A stretch of DNA of 64,000 nt, taken from the sequence record NZ_LC532224.1. One strand, given 5' to 3'. Position 1 is the stretch's first letter, and every line of letters begins with the position of its first letter. The notes under the pieces were generated by a model. The model was given only the letters and a program-made list of their open reading frames with translations, had not been told where the DNA came from and made no database searches. The translations under genes and the position numbers were made by a program. Positions 1-10,128 of the stretch are shown piece after piece. The stretch comes from a plasmid.

Positions 1-21
1 TGCCCCCCGGCGTCAGGTTCA

Positions 22-603
22 TTAGCGAATAACCGCTGAAACGATATCGGAGTGCATATCGTCAATTGTGCGGCCGCGACAGGCATGGCCAAGGGCGGTA
101 AAGTCCCAGTTGCCGTTATTACGGCGCAGCGAAGAAATAACGATCCCGGTATGTGAGCCCTGCTCAGTCAGCTTGTAGCGAGCCAGCTCTTTGCCGGTTT
201 GATCGACAACGCGGCAGAACGCGTTTTCGACGTCATTGAACGACTGACCACGGAAGCTGTTTACCGTAAACGCCAGGTATTCAACGTTTGCAGGCAGTCG
301 GGAGAGGTTGACATTAATCACCTCATCGTCACCGTCACCTTCACCGGTCAGGTTATCGCCACTGTGCACAACAGCGCCGCAGGTGGATTCCAGTTTGCGG
401 AACCAGATGGTGTCAATTGTTTTACCGGTGCTGTCCATTAATACGCAGCCAGCATCGAGATCGATTGAGTCGTTGCCTCCAAACAATCCTCCAAGAAGAC
501 CTTTTTTCTTAACCGGATCCCAACCGAGACCGAAATGAAGCTGGCTTAATGCAGATGATTCTTTGCTGAGTGATACCGTCTGGTTCTTAACTAATGAAAC
601 CAT
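22..603 (-). CDS. terZ: TerD-family stress protein (TerZ-like), first gene of a ter operon continuing leftwards off-window
   Basis: 193 aa; TerD-domain hallmarks (GLGWD, GDNLTGEGDGDDE); divergently arranged from the Ter-linked biosynthetic operon. Confidence 0.7.
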   Translation of the reverse strand: MVSLVKNQTVSLSKESSALSQLHFGLGWDPVKKKGLLGGLFGGNDSIDLDAGCVLMDSTGKTIDTIWFRKLESTCGAVVHSGDNLTGEGDGDDEVINVNLSRLPANVEYLAFTVNSFRGQSFNDVENAFCRVVDQTGKELARYKLTEQGSHTGIVISSLRRNNGNWDFTALGHACRGRTIDDMHSDIVSAVIR

Positions 604-923
604 GTTTTATTCCTTAAAATGGTAATGACCGAGACAATCAAAGGTATATTTAGTAACTGACGAAGAAAATCATATCATGATGAAGTTCTCTGACAAGGGA
701 AATTTTGGTAGTTTTCTGTAAAAACACAAAAAGAAATCCTTTTCAGGGTGTTAATTTTCTAAGTTTAATTTAAATATCAATGTGTTATCAGGAATCCAAA
801 AAACCTGACGCACTCCATAACCACAGGAGTTATAAATCATATTATGATTGACATGTAGCTTAGACACTCATAGACTCACTTCTCAATCATAAATTTGCAT
901 GGCGTTCCGGATAATTAAAAAAA

Positions 924-1982
924 ATGAACAAGAAAATTTGGTTTATGGAAGGTTTATCCTCCCAGCGAGATATTATTCAGGGGGTAAAATCATTTGCAAA
1001 AAAAAATAATTTTGCCATTACCGTTTTTGCCTCCCACCGTAACGAAAGAAATGAAATCCTTTCCGTTGCCGACTATTCTTTGACTGAACCTGAAGATCCT
1101 CAAAAACGTCTTCAGTTTATCCAGGAAACCATTCAGTCCTACGGCATCCACCATATTCATACTGGCCGTAACAGCCAGTGGTTTGAAGAACACCGTTCAG
1201 CCATTGAATCGACCGGTGCCACCCTTACTACCGGTGCAACGGGCGTCGACTGGTTAACTCTGGCTGACGAAAAAGTTACTTTTGCTCAGTTTATGGAGCA
1301 AAAGGGTCTCCCGGTCGTACCATCCTGGCGGGTGAATACGCTGGCAGAATTAAAAACACACCTCGCGGCCCCGCCGTTCACTGACAGCCCGGTATGCGTG
1401 AAGCCGGTGACGGGTATCTATGGCATGGGATTCTGGCGCTTTGATGACAGTGCTTCGCCTATGGCCGTCTTTAATCATCCCGAACATCGTCTGGTCAGTC
1501 CGCAACAGTATATTGCAGCAGCATCAGCTGCTGAGTCGTTTAAACCCCTTGTTTTGATGCCGTACCTGCCAGGCCCGGAATTTTCCGTCGATATCCTCGC
1601 GGATAAGGGCGAAATACTCGCAGCCGTGGGACGCCGTAAGGAAGGGGTTATCCAGTATCTGGTAAACGAAGGAAGCGCCTGGGAACTGGCGTGTGACTGC
1701 GCCAGGGTTATGAAGGCCGACGGGCTGGTGAATGTTCAGACGCGAAACGATGTGAATGGCAACCCGGTGCTGCTTGAAACCAACATGCGTCCGTCAGGGG
1801 GGGTGGGTTATACCCTTCACAGCGGGGTGAACCTTCCTGGGTTATTTGCTGCCTTTAAGCTCGGTCTGATGTCTGAAGATATGGTGCGCCAGAGCGCTAA
1901 AAACACCTTTTCTCCGGTTGCGGTGAGATCCATTACGGATGTAATTGCATACCCGGAATCACTCTCTAACCTTCTGAATTAA
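924..1982 (+). CDS. ATP-grasp domain protein of Ter-linked biosynthetic operon
   Basis: 352 aa; position and size match the ATP-grasp member of ter islands; A-rich leader with SD. Confidence 0.65.
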   Translation: MNKKIWFMEGLSSQRDIIQGVKSFAKKNNFAITVFASHRNERNEILSVADYSLTEPEDPQKRLQFIQETIQSYGIHHIHTGRNSQWFEEHRSAIESTGATLTTGATGVDWLTLADEKVTFAQFMEQKGLPVVPSWRVNTLAELKTHLAAPPFTDSPVCVKPVTGIYGMGFWRFDDSASPMAVFNHPEHRLVSPQQYIAAASAAESFKPLVLMPYLPGPEFSVDILADKGEILAAVGRRKEGVIQYLVNEGSAWELACDCARVMKADGLVNVQTRNDVNGNPVLLETNMRPSGGVGYTLHSGVNLPGLFAAFKLGLMSEDMVRQSAKNTFSPVAVRSITDVIAYPESLSNLLN

Positions 1983-1991
1983 GGCGTATTT

Positions 1992-3134
1992 ATGTCTGAT
2001 ATCCTCGAAGATATGATTTATCGCCGTACCCTCTCATGCGGTACGATTCAGGTAACCCGCGACCAGGGTGAAGTTTCGCTCGATGACCTGTTTGACATCG
2101 CTGAAAGACGTAACCCGAAACGCGCCTTTCTGTTTGTCAGCAAAGTACTCGGCAGGCACATTCCCGTGCCACCCTCAGTCATGCGGCAGGCCTACAGACA
2201 GCTTGCCAGCCAGTTCCCCTCGACACTGACAGGACCCGTACTGTTTATCGGTATGGCTGAAACCGCCGTTGGGCTTGGGGCCGGTGTATTTGATGAAGTG
2301 CGCCACCAGCATCCTGAATCTGTCTATCTGACCTCTACCCGTCACCCGGTTGATGGCACGTTGCTTTGCGAGTTCAAGGAAGAACACAGCCACGCCACCG
2401 ATCATCTGATCTATCTGCCAGATGATGAAGAGAAAAGACGTCGTGTTACCAACGCACGAACGCTGGTTTTGATTGATGACGAGGCAACCACCGGTAATAC
2501 CTTTATTAACCTGCTTTCAGCCCTGCGTAATACCGGCAAGCTTCAACATATTGAACAGGTTATAGCCGTTACGCTTACCGACTGGAGTGGCAAAGCCTTG
2601 TCCGAGCGCAGCACCTTACCAGTCACTTCGGTTTCTCTTGTAAGCGGTAAGTGGGGATGGACCCCATTACCTGATGCACCTGTCCCGGACATGCCGAAAG
2701 TCAACGTAACTTCACGAGGAGAATGGGACATCCAGGGAAAACAGTCCTGGGGCCGACTGGGGATGCTCGCACCTGCGGCCGATCTCGGCCATGAGGTCTC
2801 CGTCCACAAGGGGGAACGTATTCTGGTTCTCGGGACCGGGGAATTCGTCTGGGAGCCGTTCCTGCTTGCTGAACGGCTCGAAGCTGCCGGAGCACAGGCA
2901 TTTTATGGATCGACCACCCGCTCCCCTATCGCCGTTGGTTATGCCATTGAGTCCGCCATTTCCTTTACGGATAACTACGGGCTGGGCATCCCCAATTTTG
3001 TCTATAACGTCGCCCACCAGCAGTTTGACCGCATTCTTGTGTGTACTGAGACACCCGCAGAAAGTATTGACACGCAGCTTCTTAAAGCGCTGGCTGAGGT
3101 TGCGGCCGTCGTGGAGATTGTTACCTATGAATAA
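1992..3134 (+). CDS. phosphoribosyltransferase-domain protein (Ter-linked)
   Basis: 380 aa; PRTase-like VLIDDEATTGNT motif; tightly spaced after ATP-grasp gene. Confidence 0.6.
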   Translation: MSDILEDMIYRRTLSCGTIQVTRDQGEVSLDDLFDIAERRNPKRAFLFVSKVLGRHIPVPPSVMRQAYRQLASQFPSTLTGPVLFIGMAETAVGLGAGVFDEVRHQHPESVYLTSTRHPVDGTLLCEFKEEHSHATDHLIYLPDDEEKRRRVTNARTLVLIDDEATTGNTFINLLSALRNTGKLQHIEQVIAVTLTDWSGKALSERSTLPVTSVSLVSGKWGWTPLPDAPVPDMPKVNVTSRGEWDIQGKQSWGRLGMLAPAADLGHEVSVHKGERILVLGTGEFVWEPFLLAERLEAAGAQAFYGSTTRSPIAVGYAIESAISFTDNYGLGIPNFVYNVAHQQFDRILVCTETPAESIDTQLLKALAEVAAVVEIVTYE

Positions 3135-3900
3135 ACCCGTTGTTCTGAGCGACCTTGACGACACGCTCTTTCAGACCCGTCGTAAAATGGTGGACGAGCT
3201 GGCCCTGGAGCCATTCCGTACCGGTGCCGTTGATCGCACCCTGAATCCACGAAGCTTTATGACGGAAGAACAGTCCATGTTGGTGGACTGGCTCCTGGAG
3301 CAGGCTGAACTCATACCCGTTACCGCACGGGGAACTGAAGAAATCAGCCGCGTACGGATCCCTTTCCACTCCTGGGCAATCACCACTCACGGGGCCGTCA
3401 TTCTCACGCCAGAAGGCAAACCCGACGAGGAGTGGAAGGCCCATATGCTCGGCCAGCTGGCTCCCTATCAGGAAAAGCTGACATCGATGCAGCGTCTGAT
3501 CACTGAAATGATGGACGCAAAAGGGATCAATGCCTGGGCAAGGCTGAACTTCGAATACGGTGAAACGGCGGTTTATATGGTGATGAAGCACCGCGACAGC
3601 ACCCGCCTTGACGAGCTCAATGCCATTGCAGATGAGATAGAAACGGTGTTTCCGACCGAGGGCTTCTACATCCACCGCAACAGTAATAACGTGGCCTGGC
3701 TTCCCACCGCGGTTGAGAAAGGGCTGGCAGTCAGATGGCTTCTTGAAAAACTTCGGGCTGAACGCGGAGTCTTCCCCGTAATTGGTCTGGGCGACAGCCT
3801 GAGCGATCATCGTTTTATGAAACTGTGCAGCTGGTTTGGCATCCCGCGTCAGAGTCAGTTTGCAGATGCCATTTCACAGCGAATTTTTGGAGAAAATTAA
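3127..3900 (+). CDS. HAD-superfamily hydrolase
   Basis: N-terminal VVLSDLDDTLF (DxDxT) HAD motif I; ATG at 3127 overlaps upstream stop (ATGAATAA); the 2791 start in the ORF track is an unsupported extension. Confidence 0.75.
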   Translation: MNKPVVLSDLDDTLFQTRRKMVDELALEPFRTGAVDRTLNPRSFMTEEQSMLVDWLLEQAELIPVTARGTEEISRVRIPFHSWAITTHGAVILTPEGKPDEEWKAHMLGQLAPYQEKLTSMQRLITEMMDAKGINAWARLNFEYGETAVYMVMKHRDSTRLDELNAIADEIETVFPTEGFYIHRNSNNVAWLPTAVEKGLAVRWLLEKLRAERGVFPVIGLGDSLSDHRFMKLCSWFGIPRQSQFADAISQRIFGEN

Positions 3901-3901
3901 A

Positions 3902-4981
3902 ATGCAGCCACATGACACATTTACCGGCTCATACCAGCCCGGTGACGTGGAATTTCTGCTAAAGCCGGTAGTCATTGAGATGACGCCGGTTGAGCAAAAA
4001 GAAGAGCTGATTCAGTCAGGGAAGAAACATTATTCGGACATGCTCAGTCAGGAGCCAGCGCCAACACAATGGCATCTTGATTTGTTTCACCGGGCGCTGG
4101 ATCGGGGCGCAGAGAGACTTGCAAAAGAAGTCACACAGCTCGCTATTGCTCTGGCCGAACGCTTCGGTGATGAGCCCATTGTACTGGCCAGTCTCGTCAG
4201 AGCTGGCGTGCCGCTCGGCGTTATGCTGCACCAGGCCCTGCGTGACATGGGGAAAACCTCATGGCATTACGGTATCAGCATTATCCGGGATCGTGGAATT
4301 GACGGTGCAGCCCTCGACGTCATTGAAGAGCGCCATGGTACCAGCGGTATTGTCTTTGTTGACGGATGGACAGGTAAAGGCGCAATTACCGGAGAGCTTG
4401 TACGCGCACTGAAAGATCGCCCGGGCTATCCTGAGCAGCCGCGACTGGTTGTCCTGGCCGATCCCTGTGGCTGCTCCTGGCTTGCAGCCAGTGATGATGA
4501 CTGGCTCATTCCTTTTGGCATCATGGGTGCGCCGGTATCAGGCCTGATCTCCCGGTCAGTATGGTCCTCTGAAGGATTACATGGGTGCATGGTTTGCGAG
4601 CATCTCAGTGAATTCGAATGCAGCCGGATGCTTGTCGATACCGTCGCCCATTTCCGTAAGAAGTTAACCCCGTCATCCCTCGCTACCCTGAGCTGGAATA
4701 TGGAGTCAGCCCGGGTCTTATGGCAGACAAGTCGCGACGTTATCGCGTTCCTGGCCGATGAATTTAAAGTGGACAGCGTCAATCGTATTAAACCCGGTAT
4801 TGCTGAAGCAACCCGGGCTGTATTACGTCGGGTACCGGACCATGTATTTGTGCGTTCTATTGACGACCCGGACGTTGCCTTGCTTGTAGGGCTTGCTCGT
4901 GAAAAGGGAATAGTTGTTACAGAAATGGGGGGAACCCTCGGCCAGTATCGGGCTGTAACCATTATCAAGAAGGTACTCTGA
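3902..4981 (+). CDS. PRTase-like / StiP-family protein (Ter-linked)
   Basis: 360 aa from ATG 3902 directly after upstream TAA; IVFVDGWTGKGAITG PRTase-type motif; stop overlaps next start (TGATG). Confidence 0.55.
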   Translation: MQPHDTFTGSYQPGDVEFLLKPVVIEMTPVEQKEELIQSGKKHYSDMLSQEPAPTQWHLDLFHRALDRGAERLAKEVTQLAIALAERFGDEPIVLASLVRAGVPLGVMLHQALRDMGKTSWHYGISIIRDRGIDGAALDVIEERHGTSGIVFVDGWTGKGAITGELVRALKDRPGYPEQPRLVVLADPCGCSWLAASDDDWLIPFGIMGAPVSGLISRSVWSSEGLHGCMVCEHLSEFECSRMLVDTVAHFRKKLTPSSLATLSWNMESARVLWQTSRDVIAFLADEFKVDSVNRIKPGIAEATRAVLRRVPDHVFVRSIDDPDVALLVGLAREKGIVVTEMGGTLGQYRAVTIIKKVL

Positions 4982-5937
4982 TGAAAAATCGTCTTTCTCC
5001 CTGGAATCTGGGAGCCACGCTATACATGCCTGCAACACGGGAAGATATTGCTGATGCCGTCCTGCACGGGAAAATCCCGGGTTTGCGCTCTCTGGTGATT
5101 TGCCTGGAGGATGCTGTCAGTGAAGCAGACATCCCCATCGCCCTCAAAAATCTGGAGCACCTGCTGCACGAGCTCAGTAACAGCATGCGTAGCCTGGGTA
5201 AAAATGACTGGCCTCTGGTGTTCATTCGCCCTCGGCATGCCGAAATGGGCAGATGGTTAAAAGCGCATTATGATCTTTCCGCTGTCGATGGGTTTGTGTT
5301 GCCGAAATTTACCCTCAGTTCGTTAGCTGAATGGTGGGATATCATGGGCGGGACTCACCTGTGCATGATGCCAACGCTGGAAACAGAAGACGTCTTTGAC
5401 GTGGTTCAGATGCGCGAGCTGGCCACTCGCCTGGTGGAACATCCCTGCCACGACCGCATTATTGCGCTTCGAATCGGCGGCAACGATCTTATGAACGTTG
5501 TGTCGCTTCGCCGCCCCCGGGACCTGACGCTGTATGACAGCCCGATGGGCTACGTCATCAAAATGCTCGTTTCAGTCTTCGGCCCGCGTGATTTTGCCCT
5601 GACCGCGCCCGTATGTGAGCATATTGACGATCATGCCGTTATGGCCAGAGAGCTGGCTCTTGATATGGCACATGGGCTTGTTGGGAAAACGGCCATTCAC
5701 CCGGGTCAGATAGAGGTCATTCAAAACGCGCTGATGGTCACTCAGGGTGAGTATTCTGACGCTCTGCGGATCCTGAACTCTACCCAGGCCGTGTTTAAGT
5801 CGCAGGGAGCAATGTGTGAACCCGCCACACATCGCCGCTGGGCGGCTGGCATTCTGGACAGAGCTCGTTTTTATGGGTTACAGAACGAGCAAAGCGCTGA
5901 TGGAATCAGATTACTTACCGTGACCCAGCATCATTAA
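4981..5937 (+). CDS. HpcH/HpaI aldolase / citrate-lyase beta-like protein
   Basis: 318 aa; family-typical motifs (LVICLEDAV, RIGGNDL); translationally coupled to upstream gene. Confidence 0.6.
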   Translation: MKNRLSPWNLGATLYMPATREDIADAVLHGKIPGLRSLVICLEDAVSEADIPIALKNLEHLLHELSNSMRSLGKNDWPLVFIRPRHAEMGRWLKAHYDLSAVDGFVLPKFTLSSLAEWWDIMGGTHLCMMPTLETEDVFDVVQMRELATRLVEHPCHDRIIALRIGGNDLMNVVSLRRPRDLTLYDSPMGYVIKMLVSVFGPRDFALTAPVCEHIDDHAVMARELALDMAHGLVGKTAIHPGQIEVIQNALMVTQGEYSDALRILNSTQAVFKSQGAMCEPATHRRWAAGILDRARFYGLQNEQSADGIRLLTVTQHH

Positions 5938-5947
5938 GGAAATCATA

Positions 5948-7156
5948 ATGGGGTTCAGGTTCAGAAAGTCGATCAACATTATTCCTGGCGTTCGCCTCAA
6001 CCTGAGTAACGGTGCACCGAGCCTGAGTGTCGGGCCGAGAGGTGCTTCCGTTTCTTTTGGTAGCCGGGGGACCTATGCCAATCTGGGCTTGCCCGGTACC
6101 GGGCTGAGTTACCGTACCCGGCTTGACCGGGCCGCGCGTTCCGGAGGTGGAAACCGGACGGCAACCGACCCGGGGCTCAGACAGGCGCTTGAGCAGGAAG
6201 CCGCTGAACTCATGTCAGCGGTAACCGCAATCCGTAATATTCACGAGCTGACGCCGGATCCAAAAACAGGCATCAGCTGGGCAGAGCTGGAAGCAGTATA
6301 CCTGCATAACAGAACGTCGCCTTTTCAGGTTCCGGCACCGGTGCGTCCAGAAAAGCCAGACTACCTTGCATTGCCGGAAAAGCCTGCCGAGAGCGAAGGC
6401 ATTAGTTTTCTGGGTAAATGGTTTGAATCGGAATCAGCTAAAGCTGAGCGCCACGCCGAAAATCTTCGCCGGTGGCAGCAGGAGCTGATTGATGTGGAGC
6501 GTGAGAATACCCTTCGACAGCACCGGTACCAGCAACAACGGACGGCCTGGGCCGAACAGTATGCAAACTGGAAGTTTGAAGCAGAAGAACATGAAAAACG
6601 GCTCGCCACGGCTCAGGCAGATGCCCGGCAGCAGTTCCGGACAGACGCCGCGTTTTTCGAATCATACCTGGCGGGTGTGCTGGCAGAAACTGAATGGCCG
6701 CGTGAAACGATTGTTGCATTTGAAGTAAAGCCGGAGCTATCAGCAGTCCTGCTGGACGTTGATTTAGCTGAGATTGAAGATTTCCCTGATAAGATTTACG
6801 GCGTTAATGCCCGGGGCACGGAGCTGACGGAAAAAGCCATGACGCAAAAAGCCGTACGCGAAAACTATGCCCGCCACGTCCATGGCTGCTTGTTCCGCCT
6901 GGTCGGTATCGTTTTACATACGCTACCTTTCGACAACGTGATTGTGTCAGGCTTTACGCAACGGGTCAGTAAGCGGACCGGCTATCTGGAGGATGAGTAT
7001 ATCCTGTCCTGCAAATGCACTCGCAGCCAGATGTCGTCAGTAAATTTTGCAGGCATAGAACACATTGATCCGGTTGAAGCGTTAGGCGATCACCCGGTTA
7101 TTCGAAAGATGAGCAGTACCTTCATTTTTCAGCCTATTGAACCACTAACCCTTTAA
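5948..7156 (+). CDS. DUF4236-like hypothetical protein of ter island
   Basis: 402 aa; Gly/Ser-rich N-terminus (RKSINIIPGVRLNLSNGAPSLSVGPRG) typical of DUF4236. Confidence 0.5.
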   Translation: MGFRFRKSINIIPGVRLNLSNGAPSLSVGPRGASVSFGSRGTYANLGLPGTGLSYRTRLDRAARSGGGNRTATDPGLRQALEQEAAELMSAVTAIRNIHELTPDPKTGISWAELEAVYLHNRTSPFQVPAPVRPEKPDYLALPEKPAESEGISFLGKWFESESAKAERHAENLRRWQQELIDVERENTLRQHRYQQQRTAWAEQYANWKFEAEEHEKRLATAQADARQQFRTDAAFFESYLAGVLAETEWPRETIVAFEVKPELSAVLLDVDLAEIEDFPDKIYGVNARGTELTEKAMTQKAVRENYARHVHGCLFRLVGIVLHTLPFDNVIVSGFTQRVSKRTGYLEDEYILSCKCTRSQMSSVNFAGIEHIDPVEALGDHPVIRKMSSTFIFQPIEPLTL

Positions 7157-7173
7157 GCAGGCTAAATCTTACG

Positions 7174-7641
7174 ATGCAATTAAATACCAGACAGGCCCGG
7201 ATTTTTAAGCTTGCCAACTTACTGGGCACCGGCAAGCCCGTTTCCGCTGCCGACATTATAACCAGTCTGGAATGCTCAGAGCCGACATTAACCCGGGCCC
7301 TCAAAGAGCTACGCGAGTCATATTCTGCGGAGATCAAATACAGCAAGGCAGGTCATTCCTACCATCTCGTTAATCCGGGCCAGCTGGATAAAAAGACCCT
7401 TCGCCGGATGAATGAAGCGCTCGCACAGAATGCTGAACTGAAAACCGGTGAGTCTACAGGGAAGGTCGTACTCGATAAGGATAAAAAAACAGCCGTGTCC
7501 TTATCGCTACGCATGCGGATCTTAAGAAAAATTGACCGTCTGGCTGCGCTGAGTGGCTCGACCCGAAGTGAAGCGGTAGAGAAGCTGGCTCTGCACTCCG
7601 TTGACGAACTGATAAAAGAATACAGCGCTAAAAAGTCCTGA
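7174..7641 (+). CDS. terW: TerW-like small DNA-binding regulator
   Basis: 155 aa; HTH-like segment; position between biosynthetic operon and terY/terX cluster. Confidence 0.55.
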   Translation: MQLNTRQARIFKLANLLGTGKPVSAADIITSLECSEPTLTRALKELRESYSAEIKYSKAGHSYHLVNPGQLDKKTLRRMNEALAQNAELKTGESTGKVVLDKDKKTAVSLSLRMRILRKIDRLAALSGSTRSEAVEKLALHSVDELIKEYSAKKS

Positions 7642-8103
7642 CGCTAAATCTCAGACCGGGGTGAAAACCCCGGTTTTGTCATATTTTACCTCTGTATTGG
7701 CGTGACGTAGTTTTGATCTATTCTCCTCCCGCAATGCCAGCAGCGCCTTACTGACTACAAAACCTGGTGTCTTGACATCCTCTTGTGCTACACATCAATC
7801 TTTGGGCGTTTTACACTCCATTCATGCAGATCTGTGATGTATGATGAATTTCATACATAAGACAGTTTATTTGTCCGAGTTTTTTCAGAAATCTTATATT
7901 CCAGTCCGGTCTGAATTATTTTTCTGTTGATAAGAGGCCATTCACATGTCGGTAATTCTATGGTGGTTAACTTATTTCTTTAATGCCGCTTCTGAGTATT
8001 TAATCTCCACCCGACAGATGTCGTGCCGTTTTATCAAATCAACAAACCCTGGCCTCTTCCTGAAACTACTCTCCTCTTCCGATCTCTTAAGAAGGAATTA
8101 CAT

Positions 8104-8742
8104 TTGAGACGCTTACCCGTATATCTGCTACTCGACACGTCCGGCTCTATGCACGGAGAGCCTATCGAAGCGGTTAAAAATGGCGTTCAGACGCTGCTTA
8201 CCACGCTGAAACAGGATCCGTATGCACTCGAAACGGCTCACGTGTCAGTGATCACCTTTGATTCTTCAGCCCGACAGGCAGTCCCCCTGACAGACCTCCT
8301 GAGTTTCCAGATGCCAGCACTAACAGCCAGCGGCACCACGTCTCTTGGCGAAGCGCTTTCCCTCACGGCCAGCTCCATTGCCAAAGAAGTACAGAAAACG
8401 ACGGCTGACACTAAAGGTGACTGGCGTCCCCTTGTATTCCTGATGACGGATGGAAGTCCGAATGATGACTGGCGTAAAGGCCTGAATGACTTTAAAGCGG
8501 CCAGAACCGGCGTTGTTGTGGCATGTGCAGCCGGGCATGATGCCGATACCAGCGTCCTCAAAGAAATCACTGAAATCGTGGTTCAGCTCGATACAGCTGA
8601 CAGTTCGACGATTAAAGCTTTCTTTAAATGGGTCAGTGCGAGCATTTCGGTAGGCAGTCAGAAAGTGGAGTCCAGCAAAAAAGAAGTGATCGGTCTTGAA
8701 GACCTGCCACCGCCGCCGCCAGAAGTAAATGTGGTCTTATAA
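8104..8742 (+). CDS. terY: vWA-domain protein TerY
   Basis: vWA MIDAS motif (DTSGSM ... TDG); probable TTG start at 8104 behind AAGGA SD gives 212 aa, matching the 9406 paralog; alternative ATG at 8023. Confidence 0.75.
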   Translation: MRRLPVYLLLDTSGSMHGEPIEAVKNGVQTLLTTLKQDPYALETAHVSVITFDSSARQAVPLTDLLSFQMPALTASGTTSLGEALSLTASSIAKEVQKTTADTKGDWRPLVFLMTDGSPNDDWRKGLNDFKAARTGVVVACAAGHDADTSVLKEITEIVVQLDTADSSTIKAFFKWVSASISVGSQKVESSKKEVIGLEDLPPPPPEVNVVL

Positions 8743-8764
8743 TTTTATTGATTAAGGGGATATC

Positions 8765-9406
8765 ATGTCTGTCAGTCTGAGCAAAGGCCAGGGCGTAAGC
8801 CTGAAAAAAAATGAATACGATCTCTCGTCCGTTACTATCGGCCTCGGTTGGGATATTAATGAGGAAAAGAAAGGTTTTCTCGGCGGGATCTTTGGTAAAA
8901 AAGAAGAAGAATACGACCTTGATGTGATCGCTTTCCTGTGTAATTCAGCCGGAAAGGTGACCGATCTCGGCAATGTGGAAAATGGTAAACCAACGCTTGT
9001 GAATGGCGATATCATCTTTTTCAACAGCCTTCGCCATAAGTCAGGCAATATCTGGCTGACGGGCGATAACCGAACCGGAGCCGGTGACGGTGACGATGAG
9101 CAAATTATTGTGCGCCTGAATTCCCTTGACGCTCAGTACGAGAAAATTGTGTTCATCGTTCAGATCTACAATGGTGAAAAGCTCCAGCAGCACTTTGGTA
9201 AAGTTCAGAATGCCTTCATCCGGGCAGTAGATGCCCGTAATATTGAAATGGCACGATTCGATCTTTCTGGCGGACCCGCCTTCGCCAGCCAGCGCTCCAT
9301 GGTCTTTGCCGAGCTGATACGCGAGGCTACAGGCTGGAAACTCAGGGCAATTGGTGAGCCTTCAGAATCAGATTCGTTTGTCTCGCACCTGAGGAATTAC
9401 ATGTGA
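8765..9406 (+). CDS. terX: TerD-family protein TerX
   Basis: 213 aa; TerD motifs GLGWD, GDNRTGAGDGDDE. Confidence 0.8.
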   Translation: MSVSLSKGQGVSLKKNEYDLSSVTIGLGWDINEEKKGFLGGIFGKKEEEYDLDVIAFLCNSAGKVTDLGNVENGKPTLVNGDIIFFNSLRHKSGNIWLTGDNRTGAGDGDDEQIIVRLNSLDAQYEKIVFIVQIYNGEKLQQHFGKVQNAFIRAVDARNIEMARFDLSGGPAFASQRSMVFAELIREATGWKLRAIGEPSESDSFVSHLRNYM

Positions 9407-10044
9407 TGCGCCGCCTGCCTGTTTACCTTGTTATCGACACATCCGGCTCGATGCGCGGTGAGTCAATCCATTCCGTTAACGTTGGAATTCAGGCGATGCT
9501 TAGCGCTCTTCGCCAGGATCCCTACGCCCTCGAAAGCGTTCATATCTCCATTATCACCTATGACAATGAGGCGCGTGAGTTCATTCCTCTCACGCCGCTG
9601 GAAGACTTCCAGTTTTCTGACATCGTTGTGCCAAGCGCAGGCGGGACGTTCACCGGTGCTGCCCTTGAATGTCTGATGCAGTGTGTTGAACGGGATGTAC
9701 GTCGCTCAGATGGTGATACCAAAGGAGACTGGCGTCCTCTGGTATTCCTGATGACTGATGGAACCCCTTCTGATGCCCTGGCGTACGGTGAAGCGGTAAA
9801 AGCGATTCGCGGCCGGGGATTCGGATCCATCATTGCCTGCGCCGTTGGTCCTAAAGCAGGCCATGAGCACTTAAAACAGCTCACCGATAAGGTTGTGTCT
9901 CTGGAGACGCTAGATTCAACCGCGTTTGCAGGTTTCTTTAAATGGGTATCGGCCAGCGTGTCTTCCGGCAGCACAAGCGCGGGGATTAATAACGGAACTG
10001 ATACCCTTCCCCCTCCTCCACCAGAAATCCAGCTGGTGCTCTGA
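9406..10044 (+). CDS. terY: vWA-domain protein TerY paralog
   Basis: MRRLPVYLVIDTSGSM; ATG 9406 overlaps terX stop (TGATG). Confidence 0.8.
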   Translation: MRRLPVYLVIDTSGSMRGESIHSVNVGIQAMLSALRQDPYALESVHISIITYDNEAREFIPLTPLEDFQFSDIVVPSAGGTFTGAALECLMQCVERDVRRSDGDTKGDWRPLVFLMTDGTPSDALAYGEAVKAIRGRGFGSIIACAVGPKAGHEHLKQLTDKVVSLETLDSTAFAGFFKWVSASVSSGSTSAGINNGTDTLPPPPPEIQLVL

Positions 10045-10128
10045 CAGACAGAAAGGTGCTGTTTCCGGGCAGCACCTTTCTGTACAGCAACGTTTTCTGC
10101 TGGCCGTACCAGCCGTACGAGGAAAATT

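Noticed and set aside
2791-3900. 369-aa ORF-track call for the HAD hydrolase
   Set aside because: The 5' portion overlaps the PRTase gene in another frame and is Pro/Ser-rich nonsense. The ATG at 3127 with the HAD DxDxT motif directly after it is the credible start.
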